DNA of 64,000 nucleotides from Eledone cirrhosa (Eukaryota): NCBI GenBank assembly GCA_964016885.1, contig OZ024762.1, positions 10,478,001 to 10,542,000 of the forward strand, read 5' to 3'. Shown piece by piece: positions 48,513 to 62,506 of this stretch (position 1 is its first letter; each line of letters starts with the position of its first letter). The notes under the pieces were generated by a model. It saw only the letters and a program-made list of their open reading frames with translations, ran no database searches and was not told where the DNA came from. The position numbers and the translations under genes were made by a program.

Positions 48513-51500
48513 CATGCAGAAGGAAGGGGCTGGCAAAATGCTATAATGAGGTGTGTTGTCTCCTTTTCGGGTTTACCGGCTACATAGCCTATTCATATAT
48601 TTTTATCTCTATTTCAACAGCTGATAGTAACTGTAGCCCTAGGAAAGCAGTTAATTGTATGGAAAAGCTTATGGCTGCTATGGAGGTTTTAATGGGTTCT
48701 ATAAATGGGTAAGTATATATTTATAAGAATCTCACCATTTCAGAAAAGAACTGATTAAATATCAAAGTAACACATTGAGTAGGGGATATTCATCTGCTAT
48801 TTCTTCCTTCTTATATTATATTCACACAATAGCCCTTCGTCATGTGGTAATATTCTGTCCACCAGGGCCACAGGCTGGCCAGCGCGTGAGCCCTCATTTG
48901 TTAATAATAGTCTTGCTCTGGGTCTACCCCTTTGGTCTCCTGTTGGTTGATTTTACCCATGAAATCTGTCCAGTGATTCTTTCCTGAGACATTCTAACCA
49001 CATGTCTGTTGTATTGGAGTTGTGATCTCTCAATTCAGAGATTCTTTCCTGAGACATTCTAACCACATGTCCATAGTATCAGAGCTGTGATCTCTCGATC
49101 CAAAGATTCTCTACTAAGACATTCCAACCACATGCCCATAGTATTGGAGCTGTGATCTCTGAACCCAGAGGTTCTTTCCTGAGACATTATAACCACATGC
49201 CCATAGTATTGGAGCTGTGATCTCTGAACCCAGAGGTTCTTTCCTGAGACATTCTAACCACATGCCCATAGTATTGGAGCTGTGATCTCTCAACCCAGAG
49301 GTTCTTTCCTGAGACATTCTAACCACATGCCCATAGTATTGGAGCTGTGATCTCTGAACCCAGAGATTCTTTCCTGGGACATTCTAAACACATGCCCATA
49401 GTATCAGAGCTGTGATCTCTCAATTCAGAGATTCTTTCCTGAGATATTCTAACCACATGTTCATAGTATCAGAGCTGTGATCTCTCAAATCAAAGATTCT
49501 TTCCTGAGATATTCTAACCACATGTTCATAGTATCAGAGCTGTGATCTCTTGATTCAAAGATTCTTTCCTAAGACATTCTAATCACATTACTATATTATC
49601 ATTGTTGTAATCTCTTAATTCAGAGATTCTTTCCTGAGATATTCTAAGCACATTCCCATAGTGTTGGAGCTGTGATCTCTGAACCCAGAGATTCTTTCCT
49701 GAGACATTATAACCACATGCCCCCCATAGTATCAGAGCTGTGATCTCTCAACACAGAGATACTTTCCTGGGACATTATAAGCACATGCCAATATTATTGG
49801 AGCTGTGATCTCTCAACCCAGAGGTTCTTTCCTGAGACATTATAACCACATACCCATAGTATTGGAGCTGTGATCTCTCAACCCAGAGATTCTTTCCTGA
49901 GACATTATAACCAGATGCCAATATTATTGGAGCTGTGATCTCTCAACCCAGAGGTTCTTTCCTGAGACATTATAACCAGATGCCAATATTATTGGAGCTG
50001 TGATCTCTCAACCCAGAGATTCTTTCCTGAGACATTATAACCAGATGCCAATATTATTGGAGCTGTGATCTCTCAACCCAGAGATTCTTTCCTGAGACAT
50101 TATAACCAGATGCCAATATTATTGGAGCTGTGATCTCTCAACCCAGAGGTTCTTTCCTGAGACATTATAACCAGATGCCAATATTATTGGAGCTGTGATC
50201 TCTCAACCCAGAGGTTCTTTCCTGAGACATTATAACCAGATGCCAATATTATTGGAGCTGTGATCTCTCAACCCAGAGGTTCTTTCCTGAGACATTATAA
50301 CCAGATGCCCATATTACTGGAGCTGTGATGGCCCTAGCTGGAACAATTCCTTGACCTCAGCTACACACTCTGTTGAGTAACATTACTTCAAGACCCTTCT
50401 TCTTTGCCCACTTATTCCTTGGAGGGCCGTGGGAGGACAGAGTCCTAAAGCACTCCTTCCAGCGGGTCCAGTCAGAAGCCACTATTTCCAACTGATCCCC
50501 AAGCATGACCAACCAAGCTCATCGATGTTATCCAACCATCTTGCTCAGGGTGGGTCTACTCCTGGGTCTCCTGTCGGTTGCTTTTGCCACAATTTAAGAA
50601 AAAATTTAAAATATATATTTCTGATCTTTTACAGTCAAATAGACGCCGCGGTAGGCTGCTTCACACCTACCAAATGTCTTGATGTGGAAGATATCCCAAC
50701 ATCAGATAAAAATATCTGTAGTAAGTCTTCTTCTTTATATTAATCAATGTTGGGTGTCGGACAACATGCTTTGTGGCATATAGTTAGGACCCTTTACGTT
50801 CTGAGTTCAAATCCCGCTGAGGGTAGCTTTGCCATTCATCTTTATGGGTTTGATAAAATAAAGTACCAGTAATGCACTGGGGTTGATTTAATTGACTTTG
50901 CCTTCCCCTTCCATTGCTGGCCTTGTGCCTAAAGTACAAACCATTATTGTTATTATTATTGCTCAAAATTTGTCAACATTACAACACTAACTCGGTGGAA
51001 TGGCAGTATCGGTAGAGAGTCAGACGCCATGCTTTGCAGCACAGAGTTACGGCCCTTTATGATCCGAGTTCAAATCCCGCCGAGGTTAACTTTGCCTTTC
51101 ATCCTTACGGGGTCGATAAAATAAAGTACCAGTAATACACTGGGGTAATTGCTGGCCTTAAGCCAAAAGTGGAGACAATAATAACACTAACTCACGATAT
51201 ATATTTTAATGTTAACCTTAGGAATAGGCCATGACATAAACATATTTGAAACAGCCTGTAATACCAGGGGCAATGGAAACATTTCTAGATTAAGGGCTGA
51301 GAGGGGGGGGGGGGGGGGCAAATTTGGTAAATTTAGTTGTAGTGATTCGTTTAGCTCTTTTCACTCTAAAATGGTGAGAAAATGCAATTTGAGTCCAAGC
51401 AGTTTTCAATAATTTTAAAATGACTAGCAGAAAACCACCCCTAAATATAATATAATTATTAGTGTGGTTCCACTTGCCCTAAATATAATATAATTATTAA

Positions 51501-52650
51501 GAGGCTCCACTGGCCCTAAATATAATATAATTATTGGGAAGTTCCACCACCCCTAAATATAATATAATTATTGGGAAGTTCCACCACCCCTAAATATTAT
51601 ATAATTATTGGGAGTTCCACCACCCCTAAATATAATATAATTATTGGGAAGTTCCACCACCCCTAAATATTATATAATTATTGGCAGGGTTCCACCACCC
51701 CTAAATATAATATAATTATTGGCAGGGTTCCACTAGCCCTAAATATAAACTATAATATCAATATGCACACTACACATGCCACCGAAGGGTGGTTTTTCTG
51801 CTAGTGTAATATAATTATTGAGAGGTTACACCACTCCTAAATATGATAAAATTATTGGGGTCTTCCACTGCCGTTAAACCTTGGGAACAGGCCATGATAT
51901 CAAATATCTTTAAACCCTTTAGCATTTAAACTGGCCATATCCGACTGCAGCAAGCCACTTATACTGATGTTATGGTATTGTTCTGAAAATAAATATCAAA
52001 ATCTCATAGATTCGATATTATGTGAGATAAATATATAAGATAAATCCTTTACCGTGAAAATATAATAGTAAATATAGAGTAATGTAAATGCTAATGGGTT
52101 AAACAGCCTCTATTATTAATGCTATCTTCTTTATTTCAGTTCCTTTGAATTCAACCGTGTAAAGAAACTGCTACAATTGAACATTTTGACTTCCCAATGA
52201 CTCTTAACATTCTTACCACTGAGAAACGCTTCACCTTTTTCTAAATAAACCAAAAGACTTTCTTGCAAATTATTCAGTTGTTTTGAGTTTTATATTTTAT
52301 TTTTATATATATTCCTACATTGTTCTGTGTCATTATATATATGTGTGTGTGTGTATATACATATATATATGTGTATATATATATATATATATGTGTGTAT
52401 ATATATATATGTATAAATATATGTATATATATACATATATATATATAGGATTTCGCTTCAAGCATAGCTACGGCTTCCTAAATGTTCTTGTAAACATACC
52501 GTGTTTCTTTAGAAATTTTTGTTATGTTTTTGTCGGTGTTTTTGCATTTCACTAGGTGTTTCTTAAATGAGGAAACGTTAGTATTGAGGTGTTCTTTTAT
52601 TCTTATGTGGAGTGGTCTGGTGGTGCTACCTACGTAGAAGTTGCTGCATA

Positions 52651-52690
<40 letters not shown>

Positions 52691-52792
52691 TATCTATGTA
52701 TATATATATGTATATATATATATGCATATATATGTATGTGTATATATATGTATATGTATATATATATATATGCATATATATGTATGTGTATA

Positions 52793-52855
<63 letters not shown>

Positions 52856-54700
52856 CTATATATCTATATATATCATCATCGTTTAACGTCTATCTTCCAC
52901 ACTAGCATGGGTTAGATGGGTTTGTCCTATTTAGAGGCAAGCTGGGTTGGGTGACCGTGACTCACTCATATAGGGCTGTTTTCTACGGCTGGATACCCTT
53001 CCTAACGCCAACCACATTTGCAGTGTGGACTGGCTGTTTTTTACCATGTCACCTACACAACCTCTTTACAGTGTGGACTGGGTGCTTTTTGCCATGTCTC
53101 CTACACGACCTCTTTACAGTGTGGACTGGGTGCTTTTGTCCATGTCTCCTACACGTCCTCTTTACAGTGTGGACTGGGTGCTTTTTGCAATGTCTCCTAC
53201 ATGACCACTTTCCCATTGAAAATATCTCTATGTTAATTCAGAAAAAATGGTAAATCTGATGTAAATGGAATTAAAAATAAGAGATTGATGCAAACAAAAA
53301 TGTTGAAACCAGGTTATGTGGCAATGACCTCCTAGAGGGGTATTGTGGAATTAAGTATTGCCTGGTACTTGTGTCAAGTAACAATGATCCGGGGAGGGGC
53401 TATGAACGACAGCTGTAATAACATCAACAACAAATATCCAACAGTAGTGACAGCTTTCCCACCACCACCAAATAAATAGACAGATAGATAAATATTAAAT
53501 AGATGAGTCCATTCGTTATGTCAATTATAGTACAGATAATATTGGAAATAGTGTAATAATAATAATAAAATATATATATATATATATATTTATGCAATCA
53601 AAAGGTTGTGAGTGCAATTCTCAGACCGAGTGATGTGTTGTTTCCTTGAGCAAGACACTTTATTTCACGTTGCTCCAGTTTACTCAGCTGTAGAAATGAG
53701 ATGATAGGGCTGGGGTCCCTATCATTCCACTGTAAAGTGGTCGTGGGGGTGCCACGGCAAAAAAAAGGCACCCAGCCCACACCGTAAAGTGGTCGTGGAG
53801 GTGCCACAGAAAAAAAAGGACCCAGCACTCACTGTAAATGAGGTTGGTGTTAGGAAGAGCATCCAGCTGTAGAAATCATGCCAGAATCGGTTCCCGTCCC
53901 AGCCTTGCAAGCAGGGAAAAGCGGACGTAAAATAATGATGATGATGATGATGATATATAAACAAAATTAGCTCAAATATCGAATCTTGAAATGTGAGTGT
54001 ATTAGAATTTGTAGTACAATGGAAAAGCTTGGCGTAAGGAAGCTGTTAAAACAGCAAAATATTGTTGATGTAGCGTTGGGTAAAACATTACCTCGAGGGA
54101 CAGAGATCAGCGACTCGATTCAAGTTGAATCGAAGAAATGATAGGAAGGAAGAAATAGAATGGATGAGAATAGGTGACAAATATTAAAATATGTTCGTCA
54201 GATCTCAGCCACTGCAGTTTACACACATACATCTTCCCCACCCAGGCACAAGTCTGGTCAAGGTGTGTTTGTGGAAGACCAACAGTCACCCATGTATACC
54301 AGTCTCCTCTCTCCATGCCACCAATGTTGTCCAAAGGAAAGGCAATGGCTGATACAACTTGGAACCAGTGATGCCACAACTCATATATACACTCTATATA
54401 TACATCATGTAAAGTATATATAGACTATGTACATTATCATCATCATCATCATCGTTTAACGTCCATCTTCCACGCTAGCATTGGTTGAATGGTTTTGTCC
54501 CGCTTGAGGCAAGATTGGTCGGGAGACCGTGTCTCGCTCATACAGAACTGTCTCTGGCAATTTTCCTAACATCAACCATATTTACAGTGTGGACTGGGAG
54601 CCTTTTTACTGTGTCTCCTACACATTATATATACACTATGTACATTATATATACACTATGTACAGTATATATATACTATGTACTGTATATATACACTATG
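48125..54700 (+). repeat. Segmental duplication copy 2
   Basis: Matches 21850-28650. Confidence 0.95.
48621..52162 (+). pseudogene. Gene B' : duplicated exons 4-6 only (48621-48708, 50635-50720, 52140-52162)
   Basis: Near-identical to gene B exons 4-6 with intact splice sites. Two amino-acid differences in exon 4 (A->V, S->G). No copy of exons 1-3 was seen upstream. Confidence 0.75.
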
Positions 54701-56945
54701 TATAGTATATATACACTATGTACATTATATATACACTATGTACATTATATATACACTATGTACAGTATATATATACTATGTACTGTATATATACACTATG
54801 TACAGTATATATATACTATGTACTGTATATATACACTATGTACAGTATATATACACTATGTACATTATATATACACTATGTACATTATATATACACTATG
54901 TACAGTATATATATACTATGTACTGTATATATACACTATGTACAGTATATATATACTATGTACAGTATATATACACTATGTACAGTATATATATATACTA
55001 TGTACTGTATATATATATACTATGTACTGTATATATACACTATGTACATTATATATACACTATGTACATTATATATACACTATGCACAGTATATATACAC
55101 TATGTACATTATATATACACTATGTACATTATATATACACTATGTACAGTATATATACACTATGTACAGTATATATACACTATGCACAGTATATATATAT
55201 TATGTACAGTATATATATATATTATATACTGTATATATACACTATGTACATTATATATACACTATGTACAGTATATATACACTATGTACAGTATATATAC
55301 ACTATGCACAGTATATATATATTATGTACAGTATATATATATATTATATACTGTATATATACACTATGTACATTATATATACACTATGTACAGTATATAT
55401 ACACTATGTACAGTATATATACACTATGTACAGTATATATATATTATATACTGTATATATACACTATGTACAGTATATATATACACTATGTACAGTATAT
55501 ATACACTATGTACAGTATATATATATACACTATGTACAGTATATATATATACACTATGTACATTATATATACACTATGTACAGTATATATATACACTATG
55601 TACATTATATATATACTATATACAGTATATATACACTCTGTACTGTATATATATACTATGTACTGTATATATACACTCTGTACAGTATATATATACACTA
55701 TGTACATTATATATACACTATGTACATTATATATACACTATGTACAGTGTATATACACTATGTACAGTATATATACACTATGTACAGTATATATATATAC
55801 ACTATGTACAGTATATATACACTATGTACAGTATATATACACTATATACAGTATATATACACTATATACAGTATATATACACTCTGTACAGTATATATAC
55901 ACTATATACAGTATATATACACTATATACAGTATGTATACACTATGTACAGTATATATATACACTATGTACATTATATATACACTATGTACAGTATATAT
56001 ATACTATGTACAGTATATATACACTATGTACAGTATATATAAACTATGTATACACTATGTACAGTATATATACACTGTGTACGGTATATATACACTATGT
56101 ACGGTATATATACACTATGTACGGTATATATACACTATGTACAGTATATATACACTATGTACAGTATATATATACACTATGTACAGTATATATATACTAT
56201 GTACTGTATATATACACTCTGTACAGTATATATACAGTATATATACACTATGTACAGTATATATATACACTATGTACATTATATATACACTATGTACATT
56301 ATATATACACTATGTACAGTGTATATACACTATATATATATACACTATGTACAGTATATATACACTATGTACAGTATATATACACTATATACAGTATATA
56401 TACACTATATACAGTATATATACACTATATACAGTATATATACACTCTGTACAGTATATATACACTATATACATTATATATACACTATGTACAGTATATA
56501 TACACTATGTACAGTATATATACACTATATACATTATATATACACTATGTACATTATATATATACACGATGTACATTATATATACACTATGTACAGTATA
56601 TATACACTATGTACAGTATATATAAACTATGTACAGTATATATAAACTATGTATACACTATGTACAGTATATATACACTATGTACGGTATATATACACTA
56701 TGTACGGTATATATACACTATGTACAGTATATATATACACTATGTACAGTATATATACACTATGTACAGTATATATAAACTATGTATACACTATGTACAG
56801 TATATATACACTATGTACGGTATATATACACTATGTACGGTATATATACACTATGTACAGTATATATACACTATGTACAGTATATATATACACTATGTAC
56901 AGTATATATATACTATGTACTGTATATATACACTATGTACAGTAT
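54620..56945. repeat. ~20-bp satellite (tatatacactatgtacagta)n, >100 copies
   Basis: Tandem units; explains the 838-aa, 635-aa and 454-aa ORFs. Confidence 0.97.
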
Positions 56946-58790
56946 ATTATATGATGTTATCCAAGGGAAAGGCAATGGCCGATACAGCTTGGCACCAGTG
57001 ACGTCACAACTTATTTCTACAGCTGAGTAAACTGGAGTAACGTGGAAATAAAGTGTCTTGCTCAAGGATACAATGCATGTCCTGGCCCAAAAATATAATT
57101 CACAGCTTCATGATTGTAAGCTCAATACTCTAACCACTAAACCACATGCCTTCACACATACACATACACACACACACCAACACACACACACAAACAAACA
57201 CACACAAACAAACACACACCAACACACACACCAACACACACACACACTAACACACACATTTATATATAGATTATCACAATTTTCTTTCCTTAATATTGAA
57301 AATATTTTTGTTTCTGTAAGGAACATTTCTTTAATAAAATAATTGTTTCTACTTTTTAGCACAAGGCCAGCAATAATTCAGTACATTACTGGTACTTTAT
57401 TTTATCGACCCCGTATGGATGAAAGGCAAAGTTAACCTCGGCGGGATTTGAACTCAGATCATAAAGGGCCGTAACTCTATGCCCCAGTACATTACTGGTA
57501 CTTTATTTTATCGACCCCATATGGATGAAAGGCAAAGTTAACCTCGGCGGGATTTGAACTCAGATCATAAAGGGCCGTAACTCTATGCTACAAAGCATGG
57601 CGTCCGACCCTCTACCAATATTGCCAATCCACCACCATGATTGTAACCAGATAATTGTTTCTACTTTTGGCACAAGGCCAGCAATTATCCCAGTGTATTA
57701 CTGGTACTTTATTTTATCGACCCCGTAAGGATGAAAGGCAAAGTTAACTTCGGCGGGATTTGAACTCAGATCATAAAGGGCCGTAACTCTATGCTGAAAA
57801 GCATGGCGTCCGACCCTCTACCGATATTGCCAAACCAAAAATAATGAGTAACTACATGAATGAATGACTATAAAATGATTAGAAAAACACTACAAATATT
57901 AAACATGGAAAAAGGAGGGAAAGGCAAGGGGCTCTAGGGTCACAGAAGAATGAAAGAGGGAGGGGGATGGGCTCTGGGTTTAGGGCGCAGCGATGTTGGG
58001 GCTGAGCCCTGCAGACAAGATCGCATCATATTTATTATTTCACTATTTTGTAGAAGCAGCATCAAAGATGAAAAATGTTAAATGATAATCGACTTGTATA
58101 CCTTGATATTACCCATAGTCTCATAAAAACCTCTGCCCTCAATCTAATTACCCATGATATGAGGGGCAAAATTTAGTATTTTATAAAATTTAAAACTAGA
58201 TGTTTGTATACTCTCTCTTGATCCTGTAACTCCCAATGGAGTTGTTGGGGCGCTGTAGTGACATATGGCATTTCTAGGGCATTTTATTTTTAAAAAACCT
58301 GGTGGAGTCCCTCTCCTCTCCAGGTCTGAATACAGCAGATTTCTTCCATTGAAGGATAGAGGGAGTTAGAAAGGGGAAATGAGACAGATATATAGAAGAA
58401 AAATTATCCACATTACTAGACTGTTATTTTTATTTTATCAACCTCAAATAAATGCAAATTTTGCATATGAGAGGATTATTTCAAATTGATTAGGTAGCAA
58501 TTGATATAGCAGATGTTATTTTTCTGAATGAAATATATTTTCTAAAACAATATCATCCAATTAAAGCCTCTACATAAATCTCCATTGATACAATGTAGAT
58601 TATAACATTTGTTACCTTCATTTCAGGAGAGTCTTTCATAAATACATTTAATGTGAGATAGATTTCCATGTATAACATGAATTCAACAAATGTGTTATAT
58701 GAATATGTAGCTTTGTCACTTCTAAATCATTCTTATTGACAAATAACCGAAGAAACAATCTCAGGGAAGATAAAAAAAACATTTTTTAAA

Positions 58791-58830
58791 ATGTTGAAGT
58801 TTGTTGTACTTATCAGCATCTCTATCATCG
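58791..58830 (+). CDS. Gene C exon 1 (signal peptide)
   Basis: 40 nt; G|gtaagt. Confidence 0.9.
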
Positions 58831-60913
58831 GTAAGTTTGACTCTAGATTTCATACTTTTATTTGTATTGCTGAAATATCTATTAACCCTTTACGATTTAC
58901 ATTACTCTATATATACTATTGGATTTTCACATAATATCTCAAATAACATTTACATCACTCTATATTTACTATTGTATTTTCATAGTAAAGGCTTTACCTC
59001 ACATAATATCTCACATAACATTTACATTACTCTATATATACTATTGTATTTTCACAGTAAAGGCTTTACTCACATAATATCTCACATAACATTTACATTA
59101 CTCTATATTTACTATTGGATTTTCACAGTAAAGGCTTTACCTCACATAATATCTCACATAACATTTACATTACTCTATATATACTATTGTTTTTTCACAG
59201 TAAAGGCTTTACCTCACATAATATCTCACATAATATCCCATTTTACCTAATTTCTCCCCATTTTGGGGCACTTTTTTTCACAGTACTCCCTGTTTGGGTT
59301 TTTAGAGATTGGCAGGTCTGGAAATGGTGGACTACAGATGGATATTTGAAAGAGATTATATCAATTTATACTAAGTATTTATTACTTTCCAGGTTCATAT
59401 GCCAAATGTTCATCTCGAGAGACAGTTAAATGTGCAAAGAAATATAAGATTAATCAAAGAATGAGCTCGGATGAAATTTGCAGGTAATTAATTATTACTA
59501 AATCTTATTTTTTCCTTGAATTATCCTGAATATTTTTGTCAATAATTTGTGAACGAATTTGATATTTTGACTTCCAATTTAATCTGTTTCTCGAATACTT
59601 AAGAACATATACACACACATAAATACAAAATAATTTACATTAATACACTCACACATTTAGATAGACGATCGAACAATAAACATTTCCGATAATTTATCAT
59701 GATCTTTCTTTCTTTCCTCTGTTCTTTCCGAAGAAAAGCATAGTCCGAAACATCAACATTAACTCCTTTCATTTCTCTTCAACCTCAAACTAATAAATGA
59801 TATAATATAATATAATATAACACACATGGCTTAGTGGTTATAGCATTGGTCTTGCAATCGAAAGGTTGTGAGTTCAATTCTCATATCGGGTGATGTGTTG
59901 TTTCCTTGAGCAAGACACTTTATTTCACATTGCTCCAGTTTACTCAGCTGTAGAAATGAGATGATAGAGACTGGGGTCCCTATCATTCCACTGCAAAGTG
60001 GTCATGGGGGTGCCACGGAAAAAAAAGCACCCAACCCACACTGTAAATGAGGTTGGTGTTAGGAAGGGCATCCAGCTGTAGAAATCAAGTCAGAATCAGT
60101 TCCTGTCCCACCCTTGCAAGCAGGGAAAAGCGGATGTAAAAATGATGATGATGATGACAAATACATATATATATATATACTATTGTATTTTTTTTATATA
60201 TGGTCGTGTAGGTGTCACGACAAAAAACACACAGTCCACGCTGTAATGTGGCCGTGTAGGTAACACGGTAAAAACTTCCCAGTCCACACTGTAAATGTGG
60301 TTGGTGTTAGGAAGGGCAACCAACCGTAGAAAACCCGCCAGACAGTCCTATACGAGCAGGACAACCAATCTTGCCTCAAGTGGGAAAACTCCCGTCCAAA
60401 CCCATGCAAGCGTGGAAGATGGACGTTAAACGATGATGATGATGATGATGATGATATTCATATGTTGGTATATTTCCGATCTTACAGAATGCTCAAGGCT
60501 AATAACAAGTGTTTGAGTTCGTTTGGATGCGATATGACAGCAGGAAAGGAAATGTACAATAAAATATGTGGTGAGTTGTATTTTTACCCGAGTTCTACCT
60601 TGCTGAATCTTGTCAAATGTATAAATAATTCTTCACTTTTCTACCTTCTAAATAGATACAAACAGTTATAGATGTTTTTTATATAAGTCTAAAGTCTGTC
60701 TTAAGCCAGAAGGCTCATTTGGCTGGTGCTTATTCTGGTTTCATGGCATGAAGCAACTGAGAATACAAGACTCTCCCCTGGACAGGATGCTAGTCCATCA
60801 CAGGGTTAAACACCCAGCTATTGTTGGTACTCATTTTCAGCTGAGTATACTGGAGCAACCTAGGAATCGAACCCACGACATTATGATCGTAAGTCCAACA
60901 CCCTAACCTCCAC

Positions 60914-60946
<33 letters not shown>

Positions 60947-62506
60947 AATGGAAAATATGAGGAAGTTTCGTTTACATATGAAAAATATTTATTGTGTATC
61001 GACCTGTTACGTCCGTTTCACAAAGTATTGGCTCAAGGTGACCCATAGGAGTTATGGACCTGACTCCAGTATTGATCTGCTCCTCAGACTGATGATGTGA
61101 CAAAAAAATCTATATCCATATATATATATACTGTGTCGTTTGCTATGTTATTTCTGTTTCTCTTCTCCTTATGTGGATCCCCAAATTCGCTGGATTACTA
61201 CACTGGATTTACACCCTGGAACTGGATTTTTACCTGGATTCTACCCGAACTTCCACCTGTATATCTTTAGACCATTATCCCACGACTAATCCCTTTTTAA
61301 AGTTCTCTGCCATTGCTCACTCTCCCCTATCTTTCTCTTTCTCATTATTTTTTTCTGATGAAGGACTAACGTCTGAAATGTTAACAAGCTTTTCCGACTG
61401 CATCAAGCTTAAAACTAATATATTTGTTCATTGTAGTGCGTCCTATGTTATTTCTTTTTTGCCTTACATACACACACTGACACACACTCACTCACACACA
61501 CTTATACACACACACGCACACACACACACACACTCACACACACACGCACACACACACACATATATATGTATGTGCTGATATGGACCTTTAAATTCGTTGG
61601 ATTACTATATTGGATTTTTACCCCGGAACTGGATATTTTCCCCGGAGTTTACCTGAATTTCCATTTGGATATCTTTTCGGATCACTGGAGTTTCTGATAG
61701 CTTTTTGCATTACACCAATACCCCACGACTCATCACCATGTTTATATGAATAATATATATATTTCTCTACCTCTCTCAGGTCCTGGTACCAATTGTGACA
61801 TCAAACAAGCTCTTATATGTGAAATTGATTTAGAACCCTTGGTTGAAGCATCTTACCATTTATTACAAGTGTAGGTCCCTTTAAAAATAATGCTTTCTGA
61901 ATTTGGCACAAGGCCAGCAATTTTGGGGAGGGGAAAGTCAATTAAATCAACCCCGGTGCATTACTGGTACTTTATTTTATCGACCCCGTAAGGATGAAAG
62001 ACAAAGCTAACCTCGGCGGGATTTGAACTCAGATTGTAAAGAGACCTAACTCTATGCCTCACAGAATATCCAACGCTCTACCGATTCTGCCAATGTTGGA
62101 ACCTGTAAGATTGATAAAAGAAAATCCAGAAACTGTTTACAATAAATAGAATGCCTCGCCCTAAAACAGACATAGAAGGACTTTATTTGATCCTCAATTA
62201 AACATCAGAATGCTGAAAGGCAGCAATAAGCTGCCTTTCATCCTTCTGGGGTCGAAAAAAAAAATGAAGTACCAGTCAAATACTAGGGTCGATTTAATCA
62301 AATTTGCCTTTCCTTCAACTTTTCTGACCTTGATCCTCAATTAAAAATCAATAATTATTGCCAAACTGTTAATAATTCCATGTCATCTTGTATTTTATTT
62401 CTGTCTGTATTTATTTTCAGATCTGTTTCTGACTTGAAACAATGTCTGATTAATGCCCAGTGTAAAAAAAGTGCCAATCTACTTGGAAACGAATTCTGCC
62501 TGGAAG
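58791..62506 (+). CDS. Gene C: secreted 11-Cys protein; join(58791-58830,59393-59483,60488-60570,61780-61870,62421-62506); last exon not located
   Basis: Translation: MLKFVVLISISIIGSYA|KCSSRETVKCAKKYKINQRMSSDEICRMLKANNKCLSSFGCDMTAGKEMYNKICGPGTNCDIKQALICEIDLEPLVEASYHLLQVSVSDLKQCLINAQCKKSANLLGNEFCLE... Exon lengths 40/91/83/91/86 equal gene A. The exon 5 donor (G|gttata) is weak; read-through would stop at 62640. Confidence 0.87.
59393..59483 (+). CDS. Gene C exon 2
   Basis: tttccag|...TGCAG|gtaatt; 91 nt. Confidence 0.88.
60488..60570 (+). CDS. Gene C exon 3
   Basis: cttacag|...TGTG|gtgagt; 83 nt. Confidence 0.88.
61780..61870 (+). CDS. Gene C exon 4
   Basis: ctctcag|...AAGT|gtaggt; 91 nt. 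Confidence 0.85.
62421..62506 (+). CDS. Gene C exon 5
   Basis: ttttcag| acceptor; SVSDLKQCLINAQCKKSANLLGNEFCLE; homologous to gene A exon 5. Confidence 0.82.

Noticed and set aside
54485-57001. 838-aa, 635-aa and 454-aa ORFs
   Set aside because: Translations of a 20-bp satellite open in all frames.
59825-59895. tRNA-like sequence
   Set aside because: It is the head of a SINE followed by a CORE-like body and tail, with many diverged copies, so it is not a tRNA gene.
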